The position numbers were made by a program, and so were the translations under genes. Below are positions 18,024 to 30,800 of a stretch of DNA of 43,931 nucleotides, piece after piece. The DNA is from a virus (taxonomy: Duplodnaviria; Heunggongvirae; Uroviricota; Caudoviricetes). Within the stretch, counting starts at the first letter, position 1. Each line of letters opens with the position of its first letter. The notes below the pieces were generated by a model that was given only the letters and a program-made list of their open reading frames with translations, searched no databases and was not told the DNA's origin. The DNA is taken from the IMG/VR virus record IMGVR_UViG_2541047897_000005, one strand, 5' to 3'.

Positions 18024-18056
18024 AAACCCGCCGTCGAGCGGGTTTTTCCATTTTTT
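18024..18056 (+). terminator. Intrinsic terminator upstream of the lysis cassette (possible tR')
   Basis: Hairpin AAACCCGC-CGTCGA-GCGGGTTT followed by TTCCATTTTTT. Confidence 0.5.
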
Positions 18057-18185
18057 GAGTCTCGATATTAGCTGATAACCCAATACCTGAGTTATTCACT
18101 GACTCCAAATCTGTTACGTTTCTGCCTTTATTGCGATACGTAGTATCCCCTTAATTTACACCCGCTTTGTCTGCGAGGTGGGGTT

Positions 18186-18401
18186 ATGAAATCCATGGAT
18201 AAGTTAACAACGGGTGTCGCCTATGGCACCTCAGCAGGTAGTGCCGGGTACTGGTTTTTACAGTTGCTCGATAAAGTCACGCCCTCACAGTGGGCGGCAA
18301 TAGGTGTGCTGGGTAGTCTGGTATTTGGCTTGCTGACGTATCTGACAAACCTTTATTTCAAGATTAAAGAAGATAAGCGTAAGGCTGCGAGAGGTGAATA
18401 A
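18186..18401 (+). CDS. essD: Holin, phage-21 S-type pinholin with dual start (71 aa)
   Basis: MKSMDK dual-start motif, two TM segments, charged C-terminus; recalled similarity to S21. Confidence 0.9.
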
Positions 18402-18898
18402 TGTCGCCATCATTACGCAAGGCTATTGCTGCTGCTATTGGTGGTGGGGCTGTTGCCATAGCGTCTGTGCTCATCACTGGTCCGAGTGGTGACGATGGCC
18501 TGGAAGGTGTCAGCTACATACCATACAAAGATATCGTTGGCGTATGGACTGTATGTCACGGACACACCGGAAAAGACATCATGCTCGGTAAAACGTATAC
18601 CGAAGCAGAATGCAAAGCCCTCCTGAATAAAGACCTTGCCACTGTCGCCAGACAAATTAACCCGTACATCACAGTCGATATACCGGAAACAACGCGCGGC
18701 GCTCTTTACTCATTCGTTTACAACGTGGGCGCTGGCAATTTCAGAACATCGACGCTTCTTCGCAAAATAAACCAGGGCGATATCAAAGGCGCATGTGATC
18801 AGCTACGGCGCTGGACATACGCTGGCGGTAAGCAATGGAAAGGGCTGATGACTCGCCGTGAGATTGAGCGTGAAGTCTGTTTGTGGGGGCAACAATGA
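18401..18898 (+). CDS. rrrD: SAR endolysin (lysozyme), 165 aa
   Basis: N-terminal Gly/Ala-rich signal-anchor-release segment ([20 protein letters not shown]), then lysozyme-like domain; TAATG coupling with the holin. Confidence 0.9.
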   Translation: MSPSLRKAIAAAIGGGAVAIASVLITGPSGDDGLEGVSYIPYKDIVGVWTVCHGHTGKDIMLGKTYTEAECKALLNKDLATVARQINPYITVDIPETTRGALYSFVYNVGAGNFRTSTLLRKINQGDIKGACDQLRRWTYAGGKQWKGLMTRREIEREVCLWGQQ

Positions 18899-18986
18899 GC
18901 ATGATTTGCTTTTTCATGGCAGCGTTGCTCGCATTCAATGGCAACGATGCGTGGCCGTGGTTTCTGGCTGTTGGAGTGTTGATGTC

Positions 18987-19448
18987 ATGAGTCGGTTAAC
19001 CGCGATTATCTCCGCTCTGCTCATCTGCATCATCGTCTGCCTGTTATGGACTGTTAATCATTACCGTGATAACGCCATTACCTACAAAGCCCAGCGCGAC
19101 AAAAATGCCAGAGAACTGAAGCTGGCGAATGCGGCAATTACTGACATGCAGATGCGTCAGCGTGATGTTGCTGCGCTCGATGCAAAATACACGAAGGAGT
19201 TAGCTGATGCGAAAGCTGAAAATGATGCTCTGCGTGATGATGTTGCCGCTGGTCGTCGTCGGTTGCACATCAAAGCAGTCTGTCAGTCAGTGCGTGAAGC
19301 CACCACCGCCTCCGGCGTGGATAATGCAGCCTCCCCCCGACTGGCAGACACCGCTGAACGGGATTATTTCACCCTCAGAGAGAGGCTGATCACGATGCAA
19401 AAACAACTGGAAGGAACCCAGAAGTATATTAATGAGCAGTGCAGATAG
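18987..19448 (+). CDS. rzpD: Rz i-spanin (153 aa from ATG 18987)
   Basis: N-terminal TM segment, coiled-coil periplasmic domain, Rz1 embedded in the +1 frame. Confidence 0.85.
   Translation: MSRLTAIISALLICIIVCLLWTVNHYRDNAITYKAQRDKNARELKLANAAITDMQMRQRDVAALDAKYTKELADAKAENDALRDDVAAGRRRLHIKAVCQSVREATTASGVDNAASPRLADTAERDYFTLRERLITMQKQLEGTQKYINEQCR
19207..19389 (+). CDS. rzoD: Rz1 o-spanin lipoprotein (60 aa) embedded within Rz
   Basis: Lipobox VVVGC, proline-rich mature region (PPPPPAW...PPPDW); entirely inside Rz in another frame. Confidence 0.8.
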   Translation: MRKLKMMLCVMMLPLVVVGCTSKQSVSQCVKPPPPPAWIMQPPPDWQTPLNGIISPSERG

Positions 19449-19479
19449 AGCTGCCCATATCGATGGGCAACTCATGCAA

Positions 19480-19773
19480 TTATTGTGAGCAATAGACACG
19501 CGCTTCCAGCGGAGTATAAATGCCTAAAGTAATAAAACCGAGCAATCCATTTACGAATGTTTGCTGGGTTTCTGTTTTAACAACATTTTCTGCGCCGCCA
19601 CAAATTTTGGCTGCATCAACAGTTTTCTCCTGTCCAATTCCCGAAACGAAGAAATGATGGGTGATGGTTTCCTTTGGTGTTACTGCTGTCGGTTTGTTTC
19701 CAACAGTAAACGTCTGTTGAGCACATCCTGTAATAAGCATTGCCAGAGCGGCAGAAAACAACATTTTTTTCAT
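19480..19773 (-). CDS. bor: Bor/Iss-family lipoprotein (97 aa from ATG 19773)
   Basis: Signal peptide plus lipobox (MKKMLFSAALAMLITGCAQ); matches recalled lambda Bor. Confidence 0.9.
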   Translation of the reverse strand: MKKMLFSAALAMLITGCAQQTFTVGNKPTAVTPKETITHHFFVSGIGQEKTVDAAKICGGAENVVKTETQQTFVNGLLGFITLGIYTPLEARVYCSQ

Positions 19774-20230
19774 CTTATTATCCTGCATTGTTAAAAACGG
19801 CAGAATCCTATGTGACAACAATTAAACGATAGTTAAATGGATTGATGAAAATTAAAACTATATAGGTGGATGCTCAGCCTATTGGAGGAGGGAGGCACTC
19901 AGAATCCTGTGGAATGAAATAAACCGCTCTATCTGTCCATTACCCTTTTAGCTGCGCTGTATCGTCGCCGTATTCCCGCATTAACCATGACCGTAGCCCG
20001 ACGGGGAATTCCTTCTGCGTGAGTGTGCGGGAATAATCAAAAACGATGCACACCGGGTTTTTACCGCGTTTATGGTTCGCGGGGGGGGGGCCCTCATGCT
20101 CGCCAGTCCTGTGCGGGGGTGGAAGAAACAGGACGTGTATTCAGGTCTGTGTGACTGTGGTCGCAAGACTTTTGTCGTTCAGCTATTAAATCCCATTACG
20201 AAGTAGACCAGAACGGCCAACGGGTCCTTT

Positions 20231-20440
20231 CCGGCGATCCGACAGGTTACGGGGCGGCGACCTCGCGGGTTTTCGCTATTTATGAAAATTTTCCGGTTTA
20301 AGGTGTTTCCGTTCTTCTTCGCCGTAACCTAATGTTTTTATTTAAAACACCCCCTGAAAAGAAAGGAAACGACAGGTGCTGAAAGCGAGCTTTTTGGCCT
20401 CTGTCGTTTCCTTTCTCTGTTTTTGTCCGTGGAATGAGCA
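20231..20440 (+). other. cos site: cosN (GGGCGGCGACCT at 20252-20263) with flanking cosQ/cosB
   Basis: Sequence CCGGCGATCCGACAGGTTACG|GGGCGGCGACCTCGCGGGTTTTCGCTATTTATGAAAATTTTCCGG matches the recalled lambda right-end/left-end junction; Nu1 starts at 20441. Confidence 0.85.
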
Positions 20441-20960
20441 ATGGAAGTCAACAAAAAGCAGCTGGCTGACATTTTCGGTGCGAGTATCCGTACCATTCAG
20501 AACTGGCAGGAACAGGGAATGCCCGTTCTGCGAGGCGGTGGCAAGGGTAATGAGGTGCTTTATGACTCTGCCGCCGTCATAAAATGGTATGCCGAAAGGG
20601 ATGCTGAAATTGAGAACGAAAAGCTGCGCCGGGAGGTTGAAGAACTGCTGCAGGCCAGCGAGACAGATCTCCAGCCAGGGACTATTGAGTACGAACGCCA
20701 TCGACTTACGCGTGCGCAGGCCGATGCACAGGAGCTGAAAAATGCCAGAGACTCCGCTGAAGTGGTGGAAACCGCATTCTGTACTTTCGTGCTGTCGCGT
20801 ATCGCAGGTGAAATTGCCAGTATTCTCGACGGGATCCCCCTGTCGGTGCAGCGGCGTTTTCCGGAACTGGAAAACCGACATGTTGATTTCCTGAAACGGG
20901 ATATCATCAAAGCCATGAACAAAGCAGCCGCGCTGGATGAACTGATACCGGGGTTGCTGA

Positions 20961-20986
<26 letters not shown>
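20441..20986 (+). CDS. nu1: Terminase small subunit Nu1 (181 aa)
   Basis: Recalled near-identity to lambda Nu1 (MEVNKKQLADIFGASIRTIQNWQEQGMPV...). Confidence 0.97.
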
Positions 20987-24667
<3,681 letters not shown>

Positions 24668-24687
<20 letters not shown>

Positions 24688-25987
24688 TCTCCCGCATATT
24701 GCCAGTATGGCCTTTAATGAGCCGCTGATGCTTGAACCCGCCTATGCGCGGGTTTTCTTTTGTGCGCTTGCAGGCCAGCTTGGGATCAGCCGCCTGACGG
24801 ATGCGGTATCCGGCGACAGTCTGACTGCCGGAGAGGCACCCGCGACGCTGGCGTTATCCGGTGATGATGACGGACCACGACAGGCCCGCAGTTATCAGGT
24901 CATGAACGGCATCGCCGTGCTGCCGGTGTCCGGCACGCTGGTCAGCCGGACGCGGGCGCTGCAGCCGTATTCGGGGATGACCGGTTACAACGGCATTATC
25001 GCCCGTCTGCAACAGGCTGCCAGCGATCCGATGGTGGACGGCATTCTGCTCGATATGGACACGCCAGGCGGAATGGTGGCGGGAGCATTTGACTGCGCTG
25101 ACATCATCGCCCGTGTGCGTGACATAAAACCGGTATGGGCGCTGGCCAACGACATGAACTGCAGTGCAGGTCAGCTGCTTGCCAGTGCTGCCTCCCGGCG
25201 TCTGGTCACGCAGACCGCCCGGACAGGCTCCATCGGCGTCATGATGGCTCACAGTAATTACGGTGCTGCGCTGGAGAAACAGGGTGTGGAAATCACGCTG
25301 ATTTACAGCGGCAGCCATAAGGTGGATGGCAACCCCTACAGCCATCTTCTGGATGACGTCCGGGAGACACTGCAGTCCCGGATGGATGCAACCCGCCAGA
25401 TGTTTGCGCAGAAGGTGTCGGCATATACCGGCCTGTCTGTGCAGGCTGTGCTGGATACCGAGGCTGCAGTGTACAGCGGTCAGGAGGCCATTGATGCCGG
25501 ACTGGCTGATGAACTTGTTAACAGCACCGATGCGATCACCGTCATGCGTGATGCACTGGATGCACGTAAATCCCGTCTCTCAGGAGGGCGAATGACCAAA
25601 GAGACTCAATCAACAACTGTTTCAGCCACTGCTTCGCAGGCTGACGTTACTGGCGTGGTGCAAGCGACGGAGGGCGAGAACGCCAGCGCTGCGCAGCCGG
25701 ACGTGAACGCGCAGATCACCGCAGCGGTTGCGGCAGAAAACAGTCGCATTATGGGGATCCTCAACTGTGAGGAGGCTCACGGACGCGAAGAACAGGCATG
25801 CGTGCTGGCCGAAACCCCCGGTATGACCGTGGAAACGGCCCGCCGTATTCTGGCCGCAGCACCACAGAGTGCACAGGCGCGCAGTGACACTGCGCTGGAT
25901 CGTCTGATGCAGGGGGCACCGGCACCGCTGGCTGCAGGTAACCCGGCATCTGATGCCGTTAACGATTTGCTGAACACACCAGTGTAA
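24668..25987 (+). CDS. C: Capsid maturation protease/scaffold C (GTG start 24668, 439 aa), with Nu3 scaffold nested in frame
   Basis: Protein from VTAELRNLPHIASMAF... matches recalled lambda gpC; the track ORF from 24533 is an upstream in-frame extension overlapping B. Confidence 0.9.
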
Positions 25988-25996
25988 GGGATGTTT

Positions 25997-26329
25997 ATGA
26001 CGAGCAAAGAAACCTTTACCCATTACCAGCCGCTGGGCAACAGTGACCCGGCTCATACCGCAACCGCGCCCGGCGGATTGAGTGCGAAAGCGCCTGCAAT
26101 GACCCCGCTGATGCTGGACACCTCCACCCGTAAGCTGGTTGCGTGGGATGGCACCACCGACGGTGCTGCCGTTGGCATTCTTGCAGTTGCTGCTGACCAG
26201 ACCAGCACCACACTGACGTTCTACAAGTCCGGCACGTTCCGTTATGAGGATGTGCTCTGGCCGGAGGCTGCCAGCGACGAGACGAAAAAACGGACCGCGT
26301 TTGCCGGAACGGCAATCAGCATCGTTTAA
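25997..26329 (+). CDS. D: Capsid decoration protein D (110 aa from ATG 25997)
   Basis: [27 protein letters not shown]... matches recalled lambda gpD. Confidence 0.93.
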   Translation: MTSKETFTHYQPLGNSDPAHTATAPGGLSAKAPAMTPLMLDTSTRKLVAWDGTTDGAAVGILAVAADQTSTTLTFYKSGTFRYEDVLWPEAASDETKKRTAFAGTAISIV

Positions 26330-26385
26330 CTTTACCCTTCATCACTAAAGGCCGCCTGTGCGGCTTTTTTTACGGGATTTTTTTT

Positions 26386-27411
26386 ATGTCGATGTACACA
26401 ACCGCCCAGCTGCTGGCGGCAAATGAGCAGAAATTTAAGTTTGATCCGCTGTTTCTGCGTCTCTTTTTCCGTGAGAGCTATCCCTTCACCACGGAGAAAG
26501 TCTATCTCTCACAAATTCCGGGACTGGTAAACATGGCGCTGTACGTTTCGCCGATTGTTTCCGGTGAGGTTATCCGTTCCCGTGGCGGATCCACCTCTGA
26601 ATTTACGCCGGGATATGTCAAGCCGAAGCATGAGGTGAATCCGCAGATGACCCTGCGTCGCCTGCCGGATGAAGATCCGCAGAATCTGGCGGACCCGGCT
26701 TACCGCCGCCGTCGCATCATCATGCAGAACATGCGTGACGAAGAGCTGGCCATTGCTCAGGTCGAAGAGATGCAGGCCGTTTCTGCCGTGCTTAAGGGCA
26801 AATACACCATGACCGGTGAAGCCTTCGATCCGGTTGAGGTGGATATGGGCCGCAGTGCGGCGAATAACATCACGCAGTCCGGCGGCACGGAGTGGAGCAA
26901 GCGTGACAAGTCCACGTATGACCCGACCGACGATATCGAAGCCTACGCGCTGAACGCCAGCGGTGTGGTGAATATCATCGTGTTTGATCCGAAAGGCTGG
27001 GCGCTGTTCCGTTCCTTCAAAGCCGTCAAGGAGAAGCTGGATACCCGTCGTGGCTCTAATTCCGAGCTGGAGACAGCGGTGAAAGACCTGGGTAAAGCGG
27101 TGTCCTATAAGGGGATGTATGGCGATGTTGCCATCGTCGTGTATTCCGGACAGTACGTGGAAAACGGCGTCAAAAAGAACTTCCTGCCGGACAACACGAT
27201 GGTGCTGGGGAACACTCAGGCACGCGGTCTGCGTACCTATGGCTGTATTCAGGATGCGGACGCACAGCGCGAAGGCATTAACGCCTCTGCCCGTTACCCG
27301 AAAAACTGGGTGACCACCGGCGATCCGGCGCGTGAGTTCACCATGATTCAGTCAGCACCGCTGATGCTGCTGGCTGACCCTGATGAGTTCGTGTCCGTAC
27401 AACTGGCGTAA
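26386..27411 (+). CDS. E: Major capsid protein E (341 aa)
   Basis: Recalled near-identity to lambda gpE. Confidence 0.97.
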   Translation: MSMYTTAQLLAANEQKFKFDPLFLRLFFRESYPFTTEKVYLSQIPGLVNMALYVSPIVSGEVIRSRGGSTSEFTPGYVKPKHEVNPQMTLRRLPDEDPQNLADPAYRRRRIIMQNMRDEELAIAQVEEMQAVSAVLKGKYTMTGEAFDPVEVDMGRSAANNITQSGGTEWSKRDKSTYDPTDDIEAYALNASGVVNIIVFDPKGWALFRSFKAVKEKLDTRRGSNSELETAVKDLGKAVSYKGMYGDVAIVVYSGQYVENGVKKNFLPDNTMVLGNTQARGLRTYGCIQDADAQREGINASARYPKNWVTTGDPAREFTMIQSAPLMLLADPDEFVSVQLA

Positions 27412-27452
27412 TCGTGGCCCTTCGGGGCCATTTTCTCTCTGTGGAGGAGTCC

Positions 27453-27851
27453 ATGACGAAAGATGAACTGATTGCCCGTCTCCGCTCGCTGGGTGAACAA
27501 CTGAACCGTGATGTCAGTCTGACGGGGACGAAAGAAGAACTGGCGCTCCGTGTGGCAGAGCTGGAAGAGGAGCTTGATGACACGGGCGACACTGCCGGTC
27601 AGGATACCCCTCTCAGCCCGGAAAATGTGCTGACCGGGCATGAACATGAGGTGGTATCAGCGCAGCCGGATACCGTGATTCAGGATACGGCTGAACTGGT
27701 CACGGTCGTGGCACTGGTGACGCTGCATACTGATGCACTTCACGCCACGCGGGATGAACCTGTGGCATTTGTGCTGCCGGGAACGGCGTTCCGTGTCTCT
27801 GCCGGTGTGGCAGCTGAAATGACAGAGCGCGGCCTGGCCAGAATGCAATAA
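27453..27851 (+). CDS. FI: DNA-packaging protein FI (132 aa from ATG 27453)
   Basis: GGAGG RBS; MTKDELIARLRSLGEQLNRDV... matches recalled lambda FI. Confidence 0.9.
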   Translation: MTKDELIARLRSLGEQLNRDVSLTGTKEELALRVAELEEELDDTGDTAGQDTPLSPENVLTGHEHEVVSAQPDTVIQDTAELVTVVALVTLHTDALHATRDEPVAFVLPGTAFRVSAGVAAEMTERGLARMQ

Positions 27852-27862
27852 CGGGAGGCGCT

Positions 27863-28216
27863 GTGGCTGATTTCGATAACCTGTTCGATGCTGCCATTGC
27901 CCGCACCGATGAAACGATACGCGGGTACATGGGAACGTCAGCCACCATGACATCCGGTGAGCAGTCCGGCGCAGTAATACGTGGTGTTTTTGATGACCCT
28001 GAAAATATCAGCTATGCCGGACAGGGCGTGCGCGTTGAAGGCTCCAGCCCGTCCCTGTTTGTCCGGACTGATGATGTGCGGCAACTGCGGCGTGGAGACA
28101 CGCTGACCATCGGTGAGGAAAACTTCTGGATAGATCGTGTTTCGCCGGATGATGGCGGAAGCTGTCATCTCTGGCTTGGACGGGGCGTACCGCCTGCCGT
28201 TAACCGTCGCCGCTGA
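27863..28216 (+). CDS. FII: Head completion protein FII (117 aa)
   Basis: Matches recalled lambda FII. Confidence 0.95.
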   Translation: MADFDNLFDAAIARTDETIRGYMGTSATMTSGEQSGAVIRGVFDDPENISYAGQGVRVEGSSPSLFVRTDDVRQLRRGDTLTIGEENFWIDRVSPDDGGSCHLWLGRGVPPAVNRRR

Positions 28217-28227
28217 AAGGGGGATGT

Positions 28228-28806
28228 ATGGCCATAAAAGGTCTTGAGCAGGCCGTTGAAAACCTCAGCCGTATCAGCAAAACGGCGGTGCCTGGTGCCG
28301 CCGCAATGGCCATTAACCGCGTTGCTTCATCCGCGATATCGCAGTCGGCGTCACAGGTTGCCCGTGAGACAAAGGTACGCCGGAAACTGGTAAAGGAAAG
28401 GGCCAGGCTGAAAAGGGCCACGGTTAAAAATCCGCAGGCCAGAATCAAGGTTAACCGGGGGGATTTGCCCGTAATAAAGCTGGGTAACGCGCGGATTGTC
28501 CTGTCCCGACGCAGGCGTCGTAAAAAGGGGCAGCGTTCAGCCCTGAAAGGTGGCGGCAGCGTGCTTGTGGTGGGAAACCGTCGTATTCCCGGCGCGTTTA
28601 TTCAGCAACTGAAAAATGGCCGCTGGCATGTTATGCAGCGTGTGGCCGGGAAAAACCGTTACCCCATTGATGTGGTGAAAATCCCGATGGCGGTGCCACT
28701 GACCACGGCGTTTAAACAGAATATTGAACGGATACGGCGTGAGCGTCTTCCGAAAGAGCTGGGCTATGCGCTGCAGCATCAACTGAGAATGGTAATAAAG
28801 CGATGA
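28228..28806 (+). CDS. Z: Tail completion protein Z (192 aa)
   Basis: Matches recalled lambda gpZ. Confidence 0.95.
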   Translation: MAIKGLEQAVENLSRISKTAVPGAAAMAINRVASSAISQSASQVARETKVRRKLVKERARLKRATVKNPQARIKVNRGDLPVIKLGNARIVLSRRRRRKKGQRSALKGGGSVLVVGNRRIPGAFIQQLKNGRWHVMQRVAGKNRYPIDVVKIPMAVPLTTAFKQNIERIRRERLPKELGYALQHQLRMVIKR

Positions 28807-29198
28807 AACATACTGAACTCCGTGCAGCCGTACTGGATGCACTGGAGAAGCATGACACCGGGGCGACGCTTTTTGATGGTCGCCCCGCTGTTTTTGATGA
28901 GGCGGATTTTCCGGCAATTGCCGTTTATCTCACCGGCGCTGAATACACGGGCGAAGAGCTGGACAGCGATACCTGGCAGGCGGAGCTGCATATTGAAGTT
29001 TTCCTGCCTGCTCAGGTGCCGGATTCAGAGCTGGATTCGTGGATGGAGTCCCGGATTTATCCGGTGATGAGCGATATTCCGGCACTGTCAGATTTGATCA
29101 CCAGTATGGTGGCCAGTGGCTATGACTACCGACGCGACGATGATGCGGGCCTGTGGAGTTCAGCCGATCTGACGTATGTCATTACCTATGAAATGTGA
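28803..29198 (+). CDS. U: Tail terminator U (131 aa)
   Basis: Matches recalled lambda gpU. Confidence 0.95.
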   Translation: MKHTELRAAVLDALEKHDTGATLFDGRPAVFDEADFPAIAVYLTGAEYTGEELDSDTWQAELHIEVFLPAQVPDSELDSWMESRIYPVMSDIPALSDLITSMVASGYDYRRDDDAGLWSSADLTYVITYEM

Positions 29199-29205
29199 GG
29201 ACGAT

Positions 29206-29946
29206 ATGCCTGTACCAAATCCTACAATGCCGGTGAAAGGGGCCGGGACCACACTATGGGTTTATAAGGGGAACGGTGACCCTTATGCGAACCCGCTTTC
29301 AGACGTTGACTGGTCGCGTCTGGCAAAAGTTAAAGACCTGACGCCCGGCGAACTGACCGCTGAGTCCTATGACGACAGTTATCTCGATGATGAGGATGCG
29401 GACTGGACTGCGACCGGGCAGGGGCAGAAATCAGCCGGAGATACCAGCTTCACGCTGGCGTGGATGCCCGGAGAGCAGGGGCAGCAGGCGCTGCTGGCGT
29501 GGTTTAATGAAGGTGATACCCGTGCCTATAAAATCCGCTTCCCGAACGGCACGGTCGATGTGTTCCGTGGCTGGGTCAGCAGTATCGGTAAAGCGGTGAC
29601 GGCGAAGGAAGTGATCACCCGCACGGTGAAGGTCACCAATGTGGGACGCCCGTCGATGGCAGAAGATCGCAGCACGGTAACAGCGGCCACCGGCATGACG
29701 GTAACGCCAGCCAGTGCTTCCGTAGTGAAAGGGCAGAGCACGACGCTGACCGTGGCATTCCAGCCGGAAGGCGCAACCGACAAGAGCTTCCGTGCGGTGT
29801 CAGCGGATAAAACAAAAGCCACCGTGTCGGTCAGTGGTATGACCATCACCGTGAACGGCGTTGCTGCAGGCAAGGTCAACATTCCGGTTGTATCCGGTAA
29901 TGGTGAGTTTGCTGCGGTTGCAGAAATCACCGTCACCGCCAGTTAA
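29206..29946 (+). CDS. V: Major tail tube protein V (246 aa from ATG 29206)
   Basis: GAGG RBS; [22 protein letters not shown]... matches recalled lambda gpV, including the C-terminal Ig-like domain. Confidence 0.95.
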   Translation: MPVPNPTMPVKGAGTTLWVYKGNGDPYANPLSDVDWSRLAKVKDLTPGELTAESYDDSYLDDEDADWTATGQGQKSAGDTSFTLAWMPGEQGQQALLAWFNEGDTRAYKIRFPNGTVDVFRGWVSSIGKAVTAKEVITRTVKVTNVGRPSMAEDRSTVTAATGMTVTPASASVVKGQSTTLTVAFQPEGATDKSFRAVSADKTKATVSVSGMTITVNGVAAGKVNIPVVSGNGEFAAVAEITVTAS

Positions 29947-29961
29947 TCCGGAGAGTCAGCG

Positions 29962-30384
29962 ATGTTCCTGAAAACAGAATCATTTGAACATAACGGCGTG
30001 ACCGTCACGCTTTCTGAACTGTCAGCCCTGCAGCGTATTGAGCATCTTGCCTGGTTGAAAGAGCAGGAAAAAAAGGCTGAATCCAGCGGCAACCTGCAGG
30101 TGTCTGTAGAGGATCTTATCAGAGGCGGGGCGTTTCTGGTGGCGATGTCTCTGTGGCATAACCATCCGCAGAAGACAAAGCTGCCGTCCATGAATGAAGC
30201 CATTACGCAGATTGAGCAGGAAGTGCTTACCACCTGGCCCACGGAGGCAATTGCTCAGGCTGAAAACGTGGTGTTACGTCTGTCCGGAATGTCTGAGTTT
30301 GTGGTGAATAATTCCCCTGAACAGGCAGATGACGCCGGGCCTGCAGAGCCTGTTTCTGCGGGAAAGTGTTCGTCGGTGAGCTGA
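29962..30384 (+). CDS. G: Tail assembly chaperone G (140 aa)
   Basis: Matches recalled lambda gpG; slippery heptamer near its 3' end. Confidence 0.95.
   Translation: MFLKTESFEHNGVTVTLSELSALQRIEHLAWLKEQEKKAESSGNLQVSVEDLIRGGAFLVAMSLWHNHPQKTKLPSMNEAITQIEQEVLTTWPTEAIAQAENVVLRLSGMSEFVVNNSPEQADDAGPAEPVSAGKCSSVS
30360..30366 (+). other. Programmed -1 ribosomal frameshift site (G GGA AAG) generating the G-T fusion
   Basis: Heptamer GGGAAAG lies in the G frame as G-GGA-AAG just before the G stop; the T frame opens in -1 here. Confidence 0.85.
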
Positions 30385-30800
30385 GTTTTGCCCTGAAACT
30401 GGCGCGTGAGATGGGGCGACCCGACTGGCGCGCCATGCTTGCCGGGATGTCATCCACGGAGTATGCCGACTGGCACCGCTTTTACAGTACCCATTATTTT
30501 CATGATGTTCTGCTGGATATGCACTTTTCCGGGCTGACGTACACCGTGCTCAGCCTGTTTTTCAGCGATCCGGATATGCATCCGCTGGATTTCAGTCTGC
30601 TTAACCGGCGCGAGGCTGACGAAGAGCCTGAAGATGATGTGCTGATGCAGAAAGCGGCAGGGCTTGCCGGAGGCGTTCGTTTTGGCCCGGACGGGAATGA
30701 AGTTATCCCCGCTTCCCCGTATGTGGCGGACATGATGGAGGATGACGTAATGCTGATGACAGTATCAGAAGGGATCGCAGGAGGAGTCCGGTATGGCTGA
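30366..30800 (+). CDS. T: T portion of tail assembly chaperone G-T (made only as a frameshift fusion with G)
   Basis: -1 frame ORF immediately downstream of the slippery site, no independent ATG/RBS; matches recalled lambda gpT. Confidence 0.85.
   Translation: MFVGELSFALKLAREMGRPDWRAMLAGMSSTEYADWHRFYSTHYFHDVLLDMHFSGLTYTVLSLFFSDPDMHPLDFSLLNRREADEEPEDDVLMQKAAGLAGGVRFGPDGNEVIPASPYVADMMEDDVMLMTVSEGIAGGVRYG

Noticed and set aside
20342-20881. 179-aa minus-strand ORF overlapping cos and Nu1
   Set aside because: Entirely antisense to the highly conserved Nu1 gene and cosB; low-complexity translation; no RBS; treated as a spurious antisense ORF
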